Below, one piece after another: positions 18,394-26,969 of a stretch of DNA of 32,000 nt. Position 1 is the first letter of the stretch. The number at the start of each line of letters is the position of its first letter. The stretch spans positions 30,001 to 62,000 of the forward strand of contig NC_008818.1 of NCBI RefSeq assembly GCF_000015145.1. The letters are read 5' to 3'. Origin of the DNA: Hyperthermus butylicus DSM 5456. Its GTDB lineage: Archaea; Thermoproteota; Thermoprotei_A; Sulfolobales; Pyrodictiaceae. The notes under the pieces were generated by a model. It saw nothing but the letters and a program-made list of their open reading frames with translations. It had not been told where the DNA came from and did no database searches. The translations under genes were made by a program, and so were the position numbers.

Positions 18394-19023
18394 ATGGCAG
18401 GTATTGATGTCAGCATAGACGAGCTTGAGGAGTATACATCGAAGCTTATCCGTGTCCCCTTAGGCGGCATGTTTAGGTTTAGGTGCACACGGTGTGGTCG
18501 TTGCTGCAGCGGCGGTCCGAATGTTGTGCTCACGATATTTGATGTTGTGCGTATGGCTAGGTTTCTGCGTGTGTCGTGGCGCAATTTTCTCCGAGGCTAT
18601 GTGAAGATAGTTGTTGCAGATGTCTATCCGTTCATGCTGCTCCGAGGCGATGAGCGGAATCGCTGCTTTTTCCTAGCTGAAAAGCATGATGGAACCAAGC
18701 TGTGTGTAATCTATCCAGCGAGGCCTATGCGGTGCAGGCTCTACCCTATCCTAGTTGAGGACTTCTCAGTAAAACATGTGTTTGTGGATCCCAAGTCGCC
18801 CGGTGTTGGACAAGGTCGTTTACGGCCACTTCCCAGGAGGCTTATTGAACAATATGTGTGGGAGCGCAAGGAGCATTATCAGCGCCTCCACAAACTCATC
18901 GTTAATGAGGGATTGCCGCCGCTTCGAGCGCTCTACCGTGCTCTCGAGGATGCCTGGGCTGAGGCTGAGAAGGGAGCACAATGGGCTGACCTCGACTGGT
19001 TAGAGTCTCTTGGCTCAGTGTAG
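18394..19023 (+). CDS. YkgJ-family cysteine-cluster protein
   Basis: FRFRCTRCGRCCSGGPNVVLT...C...CVIYPARPMRCRLYP: CxxCxxCC zinc/iron-chelating domain. Confidence 0.85.
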   Translation: MAGIDVSIDELEEYTSKLIRVPLGGMFRFRCTRCGRCCSGGPNVVLTIFDVVRMARFLRVSWRNFLRGYVKIVVADVYPFMLLRGDERNRCFFLAEKHDGTKLCVIYPARPMRCRLYPILVEDFSVKHVFVDPKSPGVGQGRLRPLPRRLIEQYVWERKEHYQRLHKLIVNEGLPPLRALYRALEDAWAEAEKGAQWADLDWLESLGSV

Positions 19024-19069
19024 TGGGTGAAGCCATATAGCATGCCTTGCAGCAGCATACAAGCCCCTT

Positions 19070-19810
19070 TTGGGGCAAGAAGGCTTGCCTAGAAGGATCG
19101 AAGACCTGCCTCCTATGGAACGAGTAGATGCATACATCATTAATGTTGAGAGAGTTATAGAGAAGCTCAGGGGCAAAGTTAGTGGTAGTGTTGCAAAAAT
19201 TGTGGAGCTAGCTGCAGCCTACGCCAATGATGCAAGGTACTACCTGGAGAAGGGTGATGTCTTTACAGCTCTTGCCGATATAGCCTATGCTGAGGGTCTT
19301 CTCGATGCGCTGCGGTGGCTTGGCCTTGCAGAGTTTAGCTGGGAGCAAACAAGCGCGATTGCCTCGCGGCCAAAGGTGTTGGTTGCTGGTACGTTCGACA
19401 TAATCCATCCGGGCCACATTACGCTTCTAAGGGAGGCCTGGCTGCGGGGCAGAGTATACGTTGTTGTCGCCCGTGACGAGACTGTCAAGAAATTCAAGGG
19501 TAGGCCGCCAGTAGTCCCCGAGGAGCAGCGTCTAAGCGTGGTCGGGGCGATGCGTTATGTGTATAAGGCGATGCTGGGTAGTAGAAGGGATGTGCTAGAG
19601 CCACTCCTCGAGGTTAAGCCTGACATAGTGCTTCTTGGTCCGGATCAATGGGCTGACGAGGATTGGCTGCGTGTAAGGCTCGAGGAGCATGGTTTGAGGC
19701 CGCGAATTGAGAGGCTGCGGGCTAAGCTGGACTGTCCACTCTGCAGCTCTACATCGATAATATGTAGGGCAACGGAGCTGGCTTCGGCGACCGGTATTTG
19801 CCGGCGCTAG
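19070..19810 (+). CDS. DUF357 domain fused to a cytidylyltransferase-like domain
   Basis: N-terminal helical DUF357-like region (VERVIEKLRG...AAAYANDARYYLEKGDVFTALADIAYAEGLLDALRWLG), then GTFDIIHPGHITLLREA (HxGH) and ARDETVKKFKGRPPVVPEEQRLSVVGAMRYV. Confidence 0.88.
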   Translation: MGQEGLPRRIEDLPPMERVDAYIINVERVIEKLRGKVSGSVAKIVELAAAYANDARYYLEKGDVFTALADIAYAEGLLDALRWLGLAEFSWEQTSAIASRPKVLVAGTFDIIHPGHITLLREAWLRGRVYVVVARDETVKKFKGRPPVVPEEQRLSVVGAMRYVYKAMLGSRRDVLEPLLEVKPDIVLLGPDQWADEDWLRVRLEEHGLRPRIERLRAKLDCPLCSSTSIICRATELASATGICRR

Positions 19811-20451
19811 TAGCCCTCCACGAGTAATGAATATATCCTCTTTAGCTCCCGGATAGGGTCTGGTGCATAGTCTACGCGCAAGTCTATAACACGGTCATAG
19901 TATGGTGCATATTCGGTCTGGCCGACGACGAGTAGCGCAGCTGATTTGTCGCCGCGCCTATCGCCGCCCGCCCGGTGGCCAGCCTCAATGGCTGCTAGGA
20001 GCTTCTCGGCTAGGGTGCCACGGGTATCCATGAACGCGTTTACTGCTTCGCGGCATACGTCAGGGCCGCGTACGAGGTTCGCGATGCATACCACTGGCTC
20101 TCTGGGATGGATATAGTAGCCGTGCCAAGAGGGCGACCACTCGCCATCATGTACGGCTACGTCGCCGCGATAGTCTACTACAGCTACCTGCCGATGTGCG
20201 GGGCTCGGGTCGCTTTGAAGGGCCCTTCGTAGGGCCTCCTCGGCGCTCATAGCCTTGGAGAGATACTCAAGGATCATTGGCGCGAGTGCTGGGTTTGTGT
20301 AGGCCTGGGTAGCTACTACGCCGATGCCGTGCCGGCCCCAGGGAACCCTAGATCCTACAGCAATGCTGCCCGAGACCGTTGAGATGCCGGCCTGACCGAG
20401 TAGGGGGTCGTAGGCGAGTATACTGTAGGTCAAGGCTGCTGCTCCCACCAT
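19807..20451 (-). CDS. DUF1028 family protein
   Basis: TYSILAYDPLLGQAGISTVSGSIAVGSRVPWGRHGIGVVATQAYTNP...ALRRALQSDP...RQVAVVDYRGDVAVHDG. Confidence 0.85.
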   Translation of the reverse strand: MVGAAALTYSILAYDPLLGQAGISTVSGSIAVGSRVPWGRHGIGVVATQAYTNPALAPMILEYLSKAMSAEEALRRALQSDPSPAHRQVAVVDYRGDVAVHDGEWSPSWHGYYIHPREPVVCIANLVRGPDVCREAVNAFMDTRGTLAEKLLAAIEAGHRAGGDRRGDKSAALLVVGQTEYAPYYDRVIDLRVDYAPDPIRELKRIYSLLVEGY

Positions 20452-20532
20452 CCAGGGAGACTAGGCACCCCTACTAGAAGGTAAAATAGAGGGGCTAATG
20501 CGGCCGAGAGGAGTTTAGACTCTGCGATAATG

Positions 20533-20775
20533 CTAGACCGTGTAGAGTTGCTTCTTAACCTCCTCAGGCACATCGTCCTCCCTGAGCACCGGATATGTTG
20601 GCGGTACGTCCTTCCTCTTAGGCCCAACCACGATGTATCTTGCCGGGTCATTCTCCTCCCTGCTCTTCAACACGCGTACCTTGACATACCAGCCATCGTT
20701 GCGGAGGACATACGCGTACTTTCCGTGCTTCCCGCCCATATATCCACCCCGAGCTACAGCCGGGCTTACCGGCAA
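20533..20775 (-). CDS. Small conserved crenarchaeal hypothetical protein
   Basis: GKHGKYAYVLRNDGWYVKVRVLKSREENDPARYIVVGPKRKDVPPTYPVLREDDVPEEVKKQL. The true start may be the internal Met (MGGKHGKYAYV) at 20739. Confidence 0.6.
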   Translation of the reverse strand: MPVSPAVARGGYMGGKHGKYAYVLRNDGWYVKVRVLKSREENDPARYIVVGPKRKDVPPTYPVLREDDVPEEVKKQLYTV

Positions 20776-20807
20776 CCTATAAGCCTTAGAGGCTAGAGGG
20801 TAGACCA

Positions 20808-20839
20808 GAACTATACTACTCGGGAACTATACTACTCGG
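20808..20839. repeat. Tandem direct repeat, 2 x 16 bp
   Basis: GAACTATACTACTCGG repeated head-to-tail at 20808-20823 and 20824-20839. Confidence 0.95.
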
Positions 20840-20852
20840 GGGCGAGTTCCAC

Positions 20853-21485
20853 ATGATTATCAACAAGAAGGTTGTCGAGGTGCCTGAGATACCGGTAGAG
20901 CAGACTGTAAGACTGTCGGCAGACAGGACAGCAGTGATAGTGGTTGACATGCAGAACGATTTTGTGAGGCCGGAGGGCAAGCTATTCGTCCCAACAGCGC
21001 CCAAGACTATCCAGGCGATAAGGGAGCTGCTCGAAAAGGCTAGGCGCCATGCAGTAATGACTATATACACCATGGATACGCACTACTCTGATGATCCCGA
21101 GTTTAGGATATGGGGGGAACATGTTGTTAAGGGCTCCTGGGGCTGGCAGATAGTAGACGAGTTAAAGCCTACCAGGAACGAGATAGTAGTCGAGAAGACT
21201 AGGTATGATGGGTTCTACGGTACGCCGATAGATGATCTGCTACGTGTGCATGGTATAGAGAATGTTGTTATTGTTGGGACAGTTGCAAACATATGTGTTC
21301 TCCATACAGCGGCAAGCGCAGCACTACGCTGGTACAAGGTGTACGTGCCCATGGATGGTATCAGCGCGCTCAATGAGTTCGACTACTATCTAACACTCCG
21401 GCAGATAACCTTCCTCTACCGCGGCGTGGTTGTGGAGAGCGTTAAAGGCATAGAGTTTGAGGGTCAGGGCAAGTGGCCCCGTTAG
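20853..21485 (+). CDS. Isochorismatase-family cysteine hydrolase, probable nicotinamidase
   Basis: AVIVVDMQNDFVRPEGKL, YTMDTHYSDDPEF, VEKTRYDGFYGTPIDDLLR and VGTVANICVLHTAASAA (Asp/Lys/Cys triad, cis-peptide region). Confidence 0.88.
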   Translation: MIINKKVVEVPEIPVEQTVRLSADRTAVIVVDMQNDFVRPEGKLFVPTAPKTIQAIRELLEKARRHAVMTIYTMDTHYSDDPEFRIWGEHVVKGSWGWQIVDELKPTRNEIVVEKTRYDGFYGTPIDDLLRVHGIENVVIVGTVANICVLHTAASAALRWYKVYVPMDGISALNEFDYYLTLRQITFLYRGVVVESVKGIEFEGQGKWPR

Positions 21486-21723
21486 CCGGATAGCTGAAGA
21501 CGTGCTCCGTAAACCGGAAGCATGAGTTTAAAGCCAAGAAGCGGCTATACATCAACCATACAACCACGACTGCTGCAATATCAGCATAGCAGCCTCTTGG
21601 CATGCGCATCGTGATTTTTATATGAGGATTACATCCTCGGCAAGCAGTCTAGCATAGGTACACCGTTGCTTGTCTACAAGCCTCCCAGACCTTTAGGCTG
21701 GAGGGTGTTGGACAGCTGTAGTA

Positions 21724-23574
21724 GTGGGAAGGATAGGTGTGGCGAGGTTTCCCTATGCTAAGCCGCGGAGGGGCCAGCTCGAAGCTGCTAGGGCTATAGT
21801 CTCTACCGTGCGTGAGGGTGGCGTCTTCGTACTCAGTGCGCCTACAGGCTTTGGCAAGACGTCAACCATCATATATGGATTGCTTGAGGCTGGTGTAGAG
21901 CGCATCCTCTACGTTGTAAGGACTAGGAATGAGATAGCCCCCGTGTTGAGGGAACTTCGGCGCTTCGGTGTTGAGCGGTACTCGTTCCTCTACAGTGCTA
22001 GGCGCATGTGCCCACTCCTTGCAGGAGAGCAGCTAGCAACCGAGGACTTCTGGGAGACATGCAGGCTCCTAAGGCTGCGAGGCGAGTGTATGTACCATGA
22101 GAATCTTGTCGAGGTTAGTGAGGAGACCGTAGAAGCAATAGTAACCAGCATAGGCGAGAGCAAGCCGTCAGAAGTTGTAGCAGCTCTAAGGAACGCCGGG
22201 CTATGCCCCTTCTTCTCGCTCCGCCTAGCTTCAACCCGTGCAGCGATAACGGTTGCTACTTACCCTTACCTCTTCCGCGAAGACATATTCACAAGCGTCT
22301 TCGAGCCACTAACCTATGGCGACTTCGTCGTAGTCGTTGACGAGGCCCACTCACTGCTCACTATACAGTCCATGCTAGAGGCAAGGCTCACGCTTGAAAC
22401 ACTTCGGGCGGCACTGGACGAGATAGAGGAGTACGGCCTGCCAGGAGAGCTGACAGTAGCGCTCAAAAAGCTCCTCGACATGCTGTCGTCTAGTACAGCT
22501 CCGAGAATGGCTATGAAGAGGCTTGAGAAGAACAAGATCAGAGACATACTTGCAGAGCCAGACCTATGGCTCGATGCGGCGCAGGAGGTAAGAGCTGCAA
22601 AGCTACGTGAACGCCTCGAGCAAGGTGCTCCAGTTAAGCTCAGTGTAGCGCTAACAAGGGTAGCCAACTTCGCAGCCATGGTGTTCCGAGAGGATACAGG
22701 GGTCTACCTCCGCAAGGAGAATGGTCGCCGTGTCCTCATAGCGCTACCGGTGGAGCCGTGTAGCGTTACCGAGAAACCACTAAACGAGGCCAAGGCCGTA
22801 ATCCTCTCTAGCGGTACAATGCCCGCGTCAAGTATCCTCCGCGACGTACTCTGCATAAGGAAGCCAATGAAGGTTTACGAGGTGGAGCTGCTGCACGGCC
22901 ATATATTCCCACCGGAGAACATCTATACAGTGTTAGCGCTTGAGATAACCTCGCGCTACACGAGTAGGAGTAGAGAGATGTATGCGCGCTACGCCGAGTA
23001 CATAGCAGAAACATTTAGAGCGGTTAGGAACGCAGTGCTCATAGTATATCCAAGTTATGAGTTTATGGAGGCCATACTCTCACACCTCAAGCATCTGTTG
23101 AGCGGGGAGCCAATGGTCGTAGAGGGACGCGACACAAGTATAGAGCAGGTAGAAGAGTATGTACGGAGACACGGCCACGTAGCAATACATGCGGTAGCTG
23201 GTGGAAAGCTAACAGAGGGCATAGAGATCGTCGAGAACGGCGAGAGCTTAATCAAAACAGTATTTGTTGCAGGTGTGCCCTACCCTCAGCCGGATGACTA
23301 TGTAGCAGATCAATATGAAGTACTGGCAAAACGCATGGGCACGACTGAGGCCAAGACGTTTCTCTACGACTACACAGCGGCAGTAAAAACAAGACAAGCA
23401 GTAGGGAGGGTGCGTCGCAGCGAGAAGGACCGTGCGCTCATAATCCTCGGTGATGTGAGATTTGCGAGAAGAAGGCTGAGAGAATACCTACGACTACGAA
23501 TAGACGCGTATGCAGCCACGCTAGAGGACTACGTGGCGCGTGTACGGGCTGCAGCAGAAAAACTCAAGGTTTAA
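21724..23574 (+). CDS. xpd: XPD/Rad3-family DNA helicase (Fe-S SF2)
   Basis: SAPTGFGKTS Walker A, VVDEAHSLL DEAH box, four cysteines between them (CPLL..C..C..CPFF), IYPSYEFM and QAVGRVRRS motif VI. Confidence 0.92.
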   Translation: MGRIGVARFPYAKPRRGQLEAARAIVSTVREGGVFVLSAPTGFGKTSTIIYGLLEAGVERILYVVRTRNEIAPVLRELRRFGVERYSFLYSARRMCPLLAGEQLATEDFWETCRLLRLRGECMYHENLVEVSEETVEAIVTSIGESKPSEVVAALRNAGLCPFFSLRLASTRAAITVATYPYLFREDIFTSVFEPLTYGDFVVVVDEAHSLLTIQSMLEARLTLETLRAALDEIEEYGLPGELTVALKKLLDMLSSSTAPRMAMKRLEKNKIRDILAEPDLWLDAAQEVRAAKLRERLEQGAPVKLSVALTRVANFAAMVFREDTGVYLRKENGRRVLIALPVEPCSVTEKPLNEAKAVILSSGTMPASSILRDVLCIRKPMKVYEVELLHGHIFPPENIYTVLALEITSRYTSRSREMYARYAEYIAETFRAVRNAVLIVYPSYEFMEAILSHLKHLLSGEPMVVEGRDTSIEQVEEYVRRHGHVAIHAVAGGKLTEGIEIVENGESLIKTVFVAGVPYPQPDDYVADQYEVLAKRMGTTEAKTFLYDYTAAVKTRQAVGRVRRSEKDRALIILGDVRFARRRLREYLRLRIDAYAATLEDYVARVRAAAEKLKV

Positions 23575-23595
23575 AGGGAGACGGCAGCACAATTC

Positions 23596-23688
23596 ACGCC
23601 TGGAACCCCGGTCCCCTGCGAGCACAAGGCCCCGAGTCCCGGGGAACAGATGAGCAGGGGGCGGGTCACTCCCGGCCGCATCCCCTAA
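23596..23688 (+). other. GC-rich, potentially structured intergenic element (possible ncRNA)
   Basis: CCCCTGC (23613-23619) pairs with GCAGGGG (23654-23660). CCCCG (23630-23634) pairs with CGGGG (23640-23644). CGGG (23662-23665) pairs with CCCG (23671-23674). The element is flanked by the 8-bp direct repeat CACAATTC. Confidence 0.4.
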
Positions 23689-23714
23689 CACAATTCGTCT
23701 TTCAAACCCTCTGG

Positions 23715-23909
23715 GTGGAGTTCAGAGGTGACACTGTAATGGTGGTTGAGGGTCTTGATGCGGTATTGAGGGAGACTCTCCAGAAGCTGTCTGAGGAGTA
23801 TGAGAGTAGGGTTAGAGAGCTAGAGGAGCAAGCTACAAGGATAATTATGGCGAGGAGAGAGGAGCTGACGAGGCTGAGAAGTGAGATCGAAAGGGTTTTC
23901 CGTGGCTAG
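23715..23909 (+). CDS. Small coiled-coil protein of unknown function
   Basis: GLDAVLRETLQKLSEEYESRVRELEEQATRIIMARREELTRLRSEIERVF. The stop is shared with the convergent ABC ATPase gene. Confidence 0.5.
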   Translation: MEFRGDTVMVVEGLDAVLRETLQKLSEEYESRVRELEEQATRIIMARREELTRLRSEIERVFRG

Positions 23910-25009
23910 GTTTGCTCGGCTATGGTCTTCACTATCTCCTCCTCCACTGGGAACGCATGTACGTTCTTTAGCGGCACGTAGATCTCGGCCTTGCTGCCAA
24001 GCTTTGGTAGCTCCTCCTCACCCGGCAGGTTGAACATAACCTCATAGCTCGAATCCTCTATTACCAGTCTAACCTCGTTAAATAAGCCTAGGTACATTGA
24101 CACGGTTACCTTGCCGGAGATGATGGTGTAGTTTTCGGGGTTCTCGGGTTTTCGAGTGCGTGCACCATCAGCTTTAATCACTATAGCTGCTTCATCACCT
24201 TTTCCTAGGCCATGGTTTACGGCTTTGAATAGGCTCCTGCCAACAGCTACTATAGCGTAGTCAGACTCTATATCGACAACCTTACCTATGACCAGTGATG
24301 TTCTGCCGAGGAACATTGCTGTGAAGAGTGTCTTGGGGTTGGTGTAGAGTTCCTCGGGTGTGCCAACCTGCTCTACCATACCCTCCCTCATAACAGCCAT
24401 GCGGTCTGCTAGTGCCATAGCTTCCTCCTGGTCGTGGGTGACATAGACCATTGTTATGTCTAGCTGGCGCTGAAGCTTCTTTAGCTCGCCACGGAGGCGG
24501 AGACGGAGCTTAGCATCAAGATTGCTTAGCGGCTCGTCGAGTAGGAGGACACGGGGCTGAACCACTAGAGCCCTAGCTAGGGCTACGCGCTGCTGCTGTC
24601 CTCCACTAAGCTGTCCAGGAAACCTGTTCTCAAGCCCTTGCAGACCCAGGAGATCTAGCACCCACTTGACGCGCCTATCTATCTCGCTCTTTGGTAGCTT
24701 TCTCAGCTTAAGTCCAAATGCTATGTTCTCATAGACGGTCATGTGTGGCCACAAGGCCCAGTTCTGGAAGACCATTACAGTGCCACGCTTGTCCGGGGGC
24801 TTCTCTGTGACATCCTCTCCGTCTATGTAGACCTTGCCGCTGTCGGGAACCTCGAAGCCAGCAATAACCCTTAGGAGCGTGGTCTTGCCGCAGCCGCTGG
24901 GGCCTAGTATAGCGAATAGTTCGCCCCTCTTAATGGTCAGGGAGACCCCCCTAAGGGCTACCGTCTTGCCGAAGCGTTTCACTACGTCACGAACCTCTAT
25001 GTAGCCCAA
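23906..25009 (-). CDS. ABC transporter ATP-binding protein (PotA/FbpC-like)
   Basis: LGPSGCGKTTLLRVIAG Walker A, LSGGQQQRVALARALVVQPRVLLLDEPLSNLD signature/Walker B, H-loop and a C-terminal TOBE-like region. Confidence 0.95.
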   Translation of the reverse strand: MGYIEVRDVVKRFGKTVALRGVSLTIKRGELFAILGPSGCGKTTLLRVIAGFEVPDSGKVYIDGEDVTEKPPDKRGTVMVFQNWALWPHMTVYENIAFGLKLRKLPKSEIDRRVKWVLDLLGLQGLENRFPGQLSGGQQQRVALARALVVQPRVLLLDEPLSNLDAKLRLRLRGELKKLQRQLDITMVYVTHDQEEAMALADRMAVMREGMVEQVGTPEELYTNPKTLFTAMFLGRTSLVIGKVVDIESDYAIVAVGRSLFKAVNHGLGKGDEAAIVIKADGARTRKPENPENYTIISGKVTVSMYLGLFNEVRLVIEDSSYEVMFNLPGEEELPKLGSKAEIYVPLKNVHAFPVEEEIVKTIAEQT

Positions 25010-25073
25010 TACCAGCTACCCCGGGCTACACTGCTCTGCAGCACTGAGGGCTAAATCCTTCCACAGCCGGTCC

Positions 25074-26969
25074 TCAGACGCTGACAAGAGCTTGACCCCT
25101 CCTCGTAAGCCTTGAGGCAACCGTTATCACTACAGCCTCAAGAGTCATTAGTATTGCTGCAAGTGCTGCCGCCTTGGCGTGTGGCTGTGTGCCGCCCTCA
25201 ACTATTGTTGCCTCGGTGAGCAGCTGTAGTATTGCAAAGGTTATTGGGCCAGTGTGGTTAGCTGATATGAGGCTCCCCTTGAGAGCGCCAAGGGTGATAC
25301 TAACGCTAACCTCGCTAAGGACATGGATGGCGCTGAGTAGTAGGCCTGCTAGCAGCCCACGCCAGACCAGCGGTATAACTATGCGCTGCAATACCCTAGC
25401 CCTCCTGGCGCCGAGGCTACGAGCAGCCTCCTCGAGCTCCTCCGGGGTCTGTATGATAGACGTAAAGACAGCCCTTACTGTAAACGGAATCTTTCTCACA
25501 ACGTATGCTAGCACGAGTACGTTGGCTGTATAGATGGCTGGGTCGAGGAGGGTGCCACGGAAGTATGTTATGAAGAACACGTAGTAGCTAAATGCGACGA
25601 CGAGGCCAGGCACGGCTAGGGGCAGCGAGGACAGTATGTCTAGCAGCCCTGCACCTGGGAGCCTAGCTCTGGCGGCTGCGTAGCCAATCATAAAGCCTAG
25701 AATGGCAATGAATACTATTGCTTGGGATAGGTATACCACGCTATTCTCGATGCTTCTAACGATGCCAGCTACACGGCCAAGCACCTCAAAGTTCACGAAA
25801 AGCCTATCTGGTGGCAGCAGCTCTGGTGTTGGGCCGATCCAACGTTTACTAAACGCTAATAGTGCGACGCCAATCTGGGGTGAAGCCGCGAGCAATATTA
25901 CCGGGAGCACTACAAGATAGGCGAATATGAGCCCCTTACGGCCTAGTGGTAGGCCGTGGAAGGGGCGTGGCGCACCTCGGGCTAGCCTTGCGTAGTATCT
26001 AAGGCTCAAATAACGCCTAACGAAAACCAGTGGTATGGCAGCGAGGATTAGCATTAGGAGGCTTAGCGCTGCAATGGTTACTCGCAAGGCTTCACTTTGA
26101 ATGCCGCGGAAGTTATCGTATACCTGGAACGACATGAAGTATGGATAGTTAAAGATTATTGGTCCGCCTACATCCTCTATGCTGAGAATATACACGAGTG
26201 TTGAACCTGCAAGAATACCAGGCATAATTAGTGGTAAAATTATGCGGCGCAGAAGCCTGAACCCCCTGGCACCCAGGTTTATGGCCTGCTCGATAAGTGT
26301 GGCATCTACAGCTGCAAGGGCAGCCAATACATTGATGTAGACTATCGGGTAGAACATGAGTATCTGTGCTAGTGCGACACCCGCCTGTCCTGCAAAGGCT
26401 ATCGAAATCTTCTTACCGATAAGGGGCTCGGTAATCATGCTAGCTAGGTAGGAGAATGTATTGAGGTGAAGGCCAAGGCCGAAGTACAACTTAATAATGT
26501 AGGTGCTCACCAGGGGAGCTATGAGAAGTGGCATGTAAGCTATAATGGCGAATATACGACGGCCAGGGAACCGGTAAAGGCCCACAAGTAGTGCAACAGT
26601 CGTGCCTAGTGCTGCAGCGGCAAGTGTAACGATTACCGCGTTCACTATAGTGTTTCCTATAACGCCGAAGTTGAAGCCATTAACGGTTATTCGTATCGTA
26701 TCCGGGAGCACGCGTATCTCGATGAGCCTGCTAACGGATCTCCAGCTAAAATCAACGTAGAATTTATCGCTAAATAACGAGCCGAAGTCGGCCTTAGAAG
26801 ATTCTGCTATAACTACTAGTAGCGGTGCGATAAACGCGAAAAATATTGTTGCAAGGGGTATGTAGAGTAAAAGTATTATTTCGATATCGGTTTTGGCCCT
26901 GGGTATAGCCCTCTTGGCGGCTAATAACGCATTCCTCCCGATATCTATGAGCTTCTGCCTAGCCGCCAA
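25074..26969 (-). CDS. ABC transporter permease, fused two-domain FbpB/ThiP-like protein
   Basis: About 12 hydrophobic segments. Two EAA-like loops: EQAINLGARGFRLLRRIILPLIMPGI and EEAARSLGARRARVLQRIVIPLVWRGL. Confidence 0.93.
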   Translation of the reverse strand: MAARQKLIDIGRNALLAAKRAIPRAKTDIEIILLLYIPLATIFFAFIAPLLVVIAESSKADFGSLFSDKFYVDFSWRSVSRLIEIRVLPDTIRITVNGFNFGVIGNTIVNAVIVTLAAAALGTTVALLVGLYRFPGRRIFAIIAYMPLLIAPLVSTYIIKLYFGLGLHLNTFSYLASMITEPLIGKKISIAFAGQAGVALAQILMFYPIVYINVLAALAAVDATLIEQAINLGARGFRLLRRIILPLIMPGILAGSTLVYILSIEDVGGPIIFNYPYFMSFQVYDNFRGIQSEALRVTIAALSLLMLILAAIPLVFVRRYLSLRYYARLARGAPRPFHGLPLGRKGLIFAYLVVLPVILLAASPQIGVALLAFSKRWIGPTPELLPPDRLFVNFEVLGRVAGIVRSIENSVVYLSQAIVFIAILGFMIGYAAARARLPGAGLLDILSSLPLAVPGLVVAFSYYVFFITYFRGTLLDPAIYTANVLVLAYVVRKIPFTVRAVFTSIIQTPEELEEAARSLGARRARVLQRIVIPLVWRGLLAGLLLSAIHVLSEVSVSITLGALKGSLISANHTGPITFAILQLLTEATIVEGGTQPHAKAAALAAILMTLEAVVITVASRLTRRGQALVSV

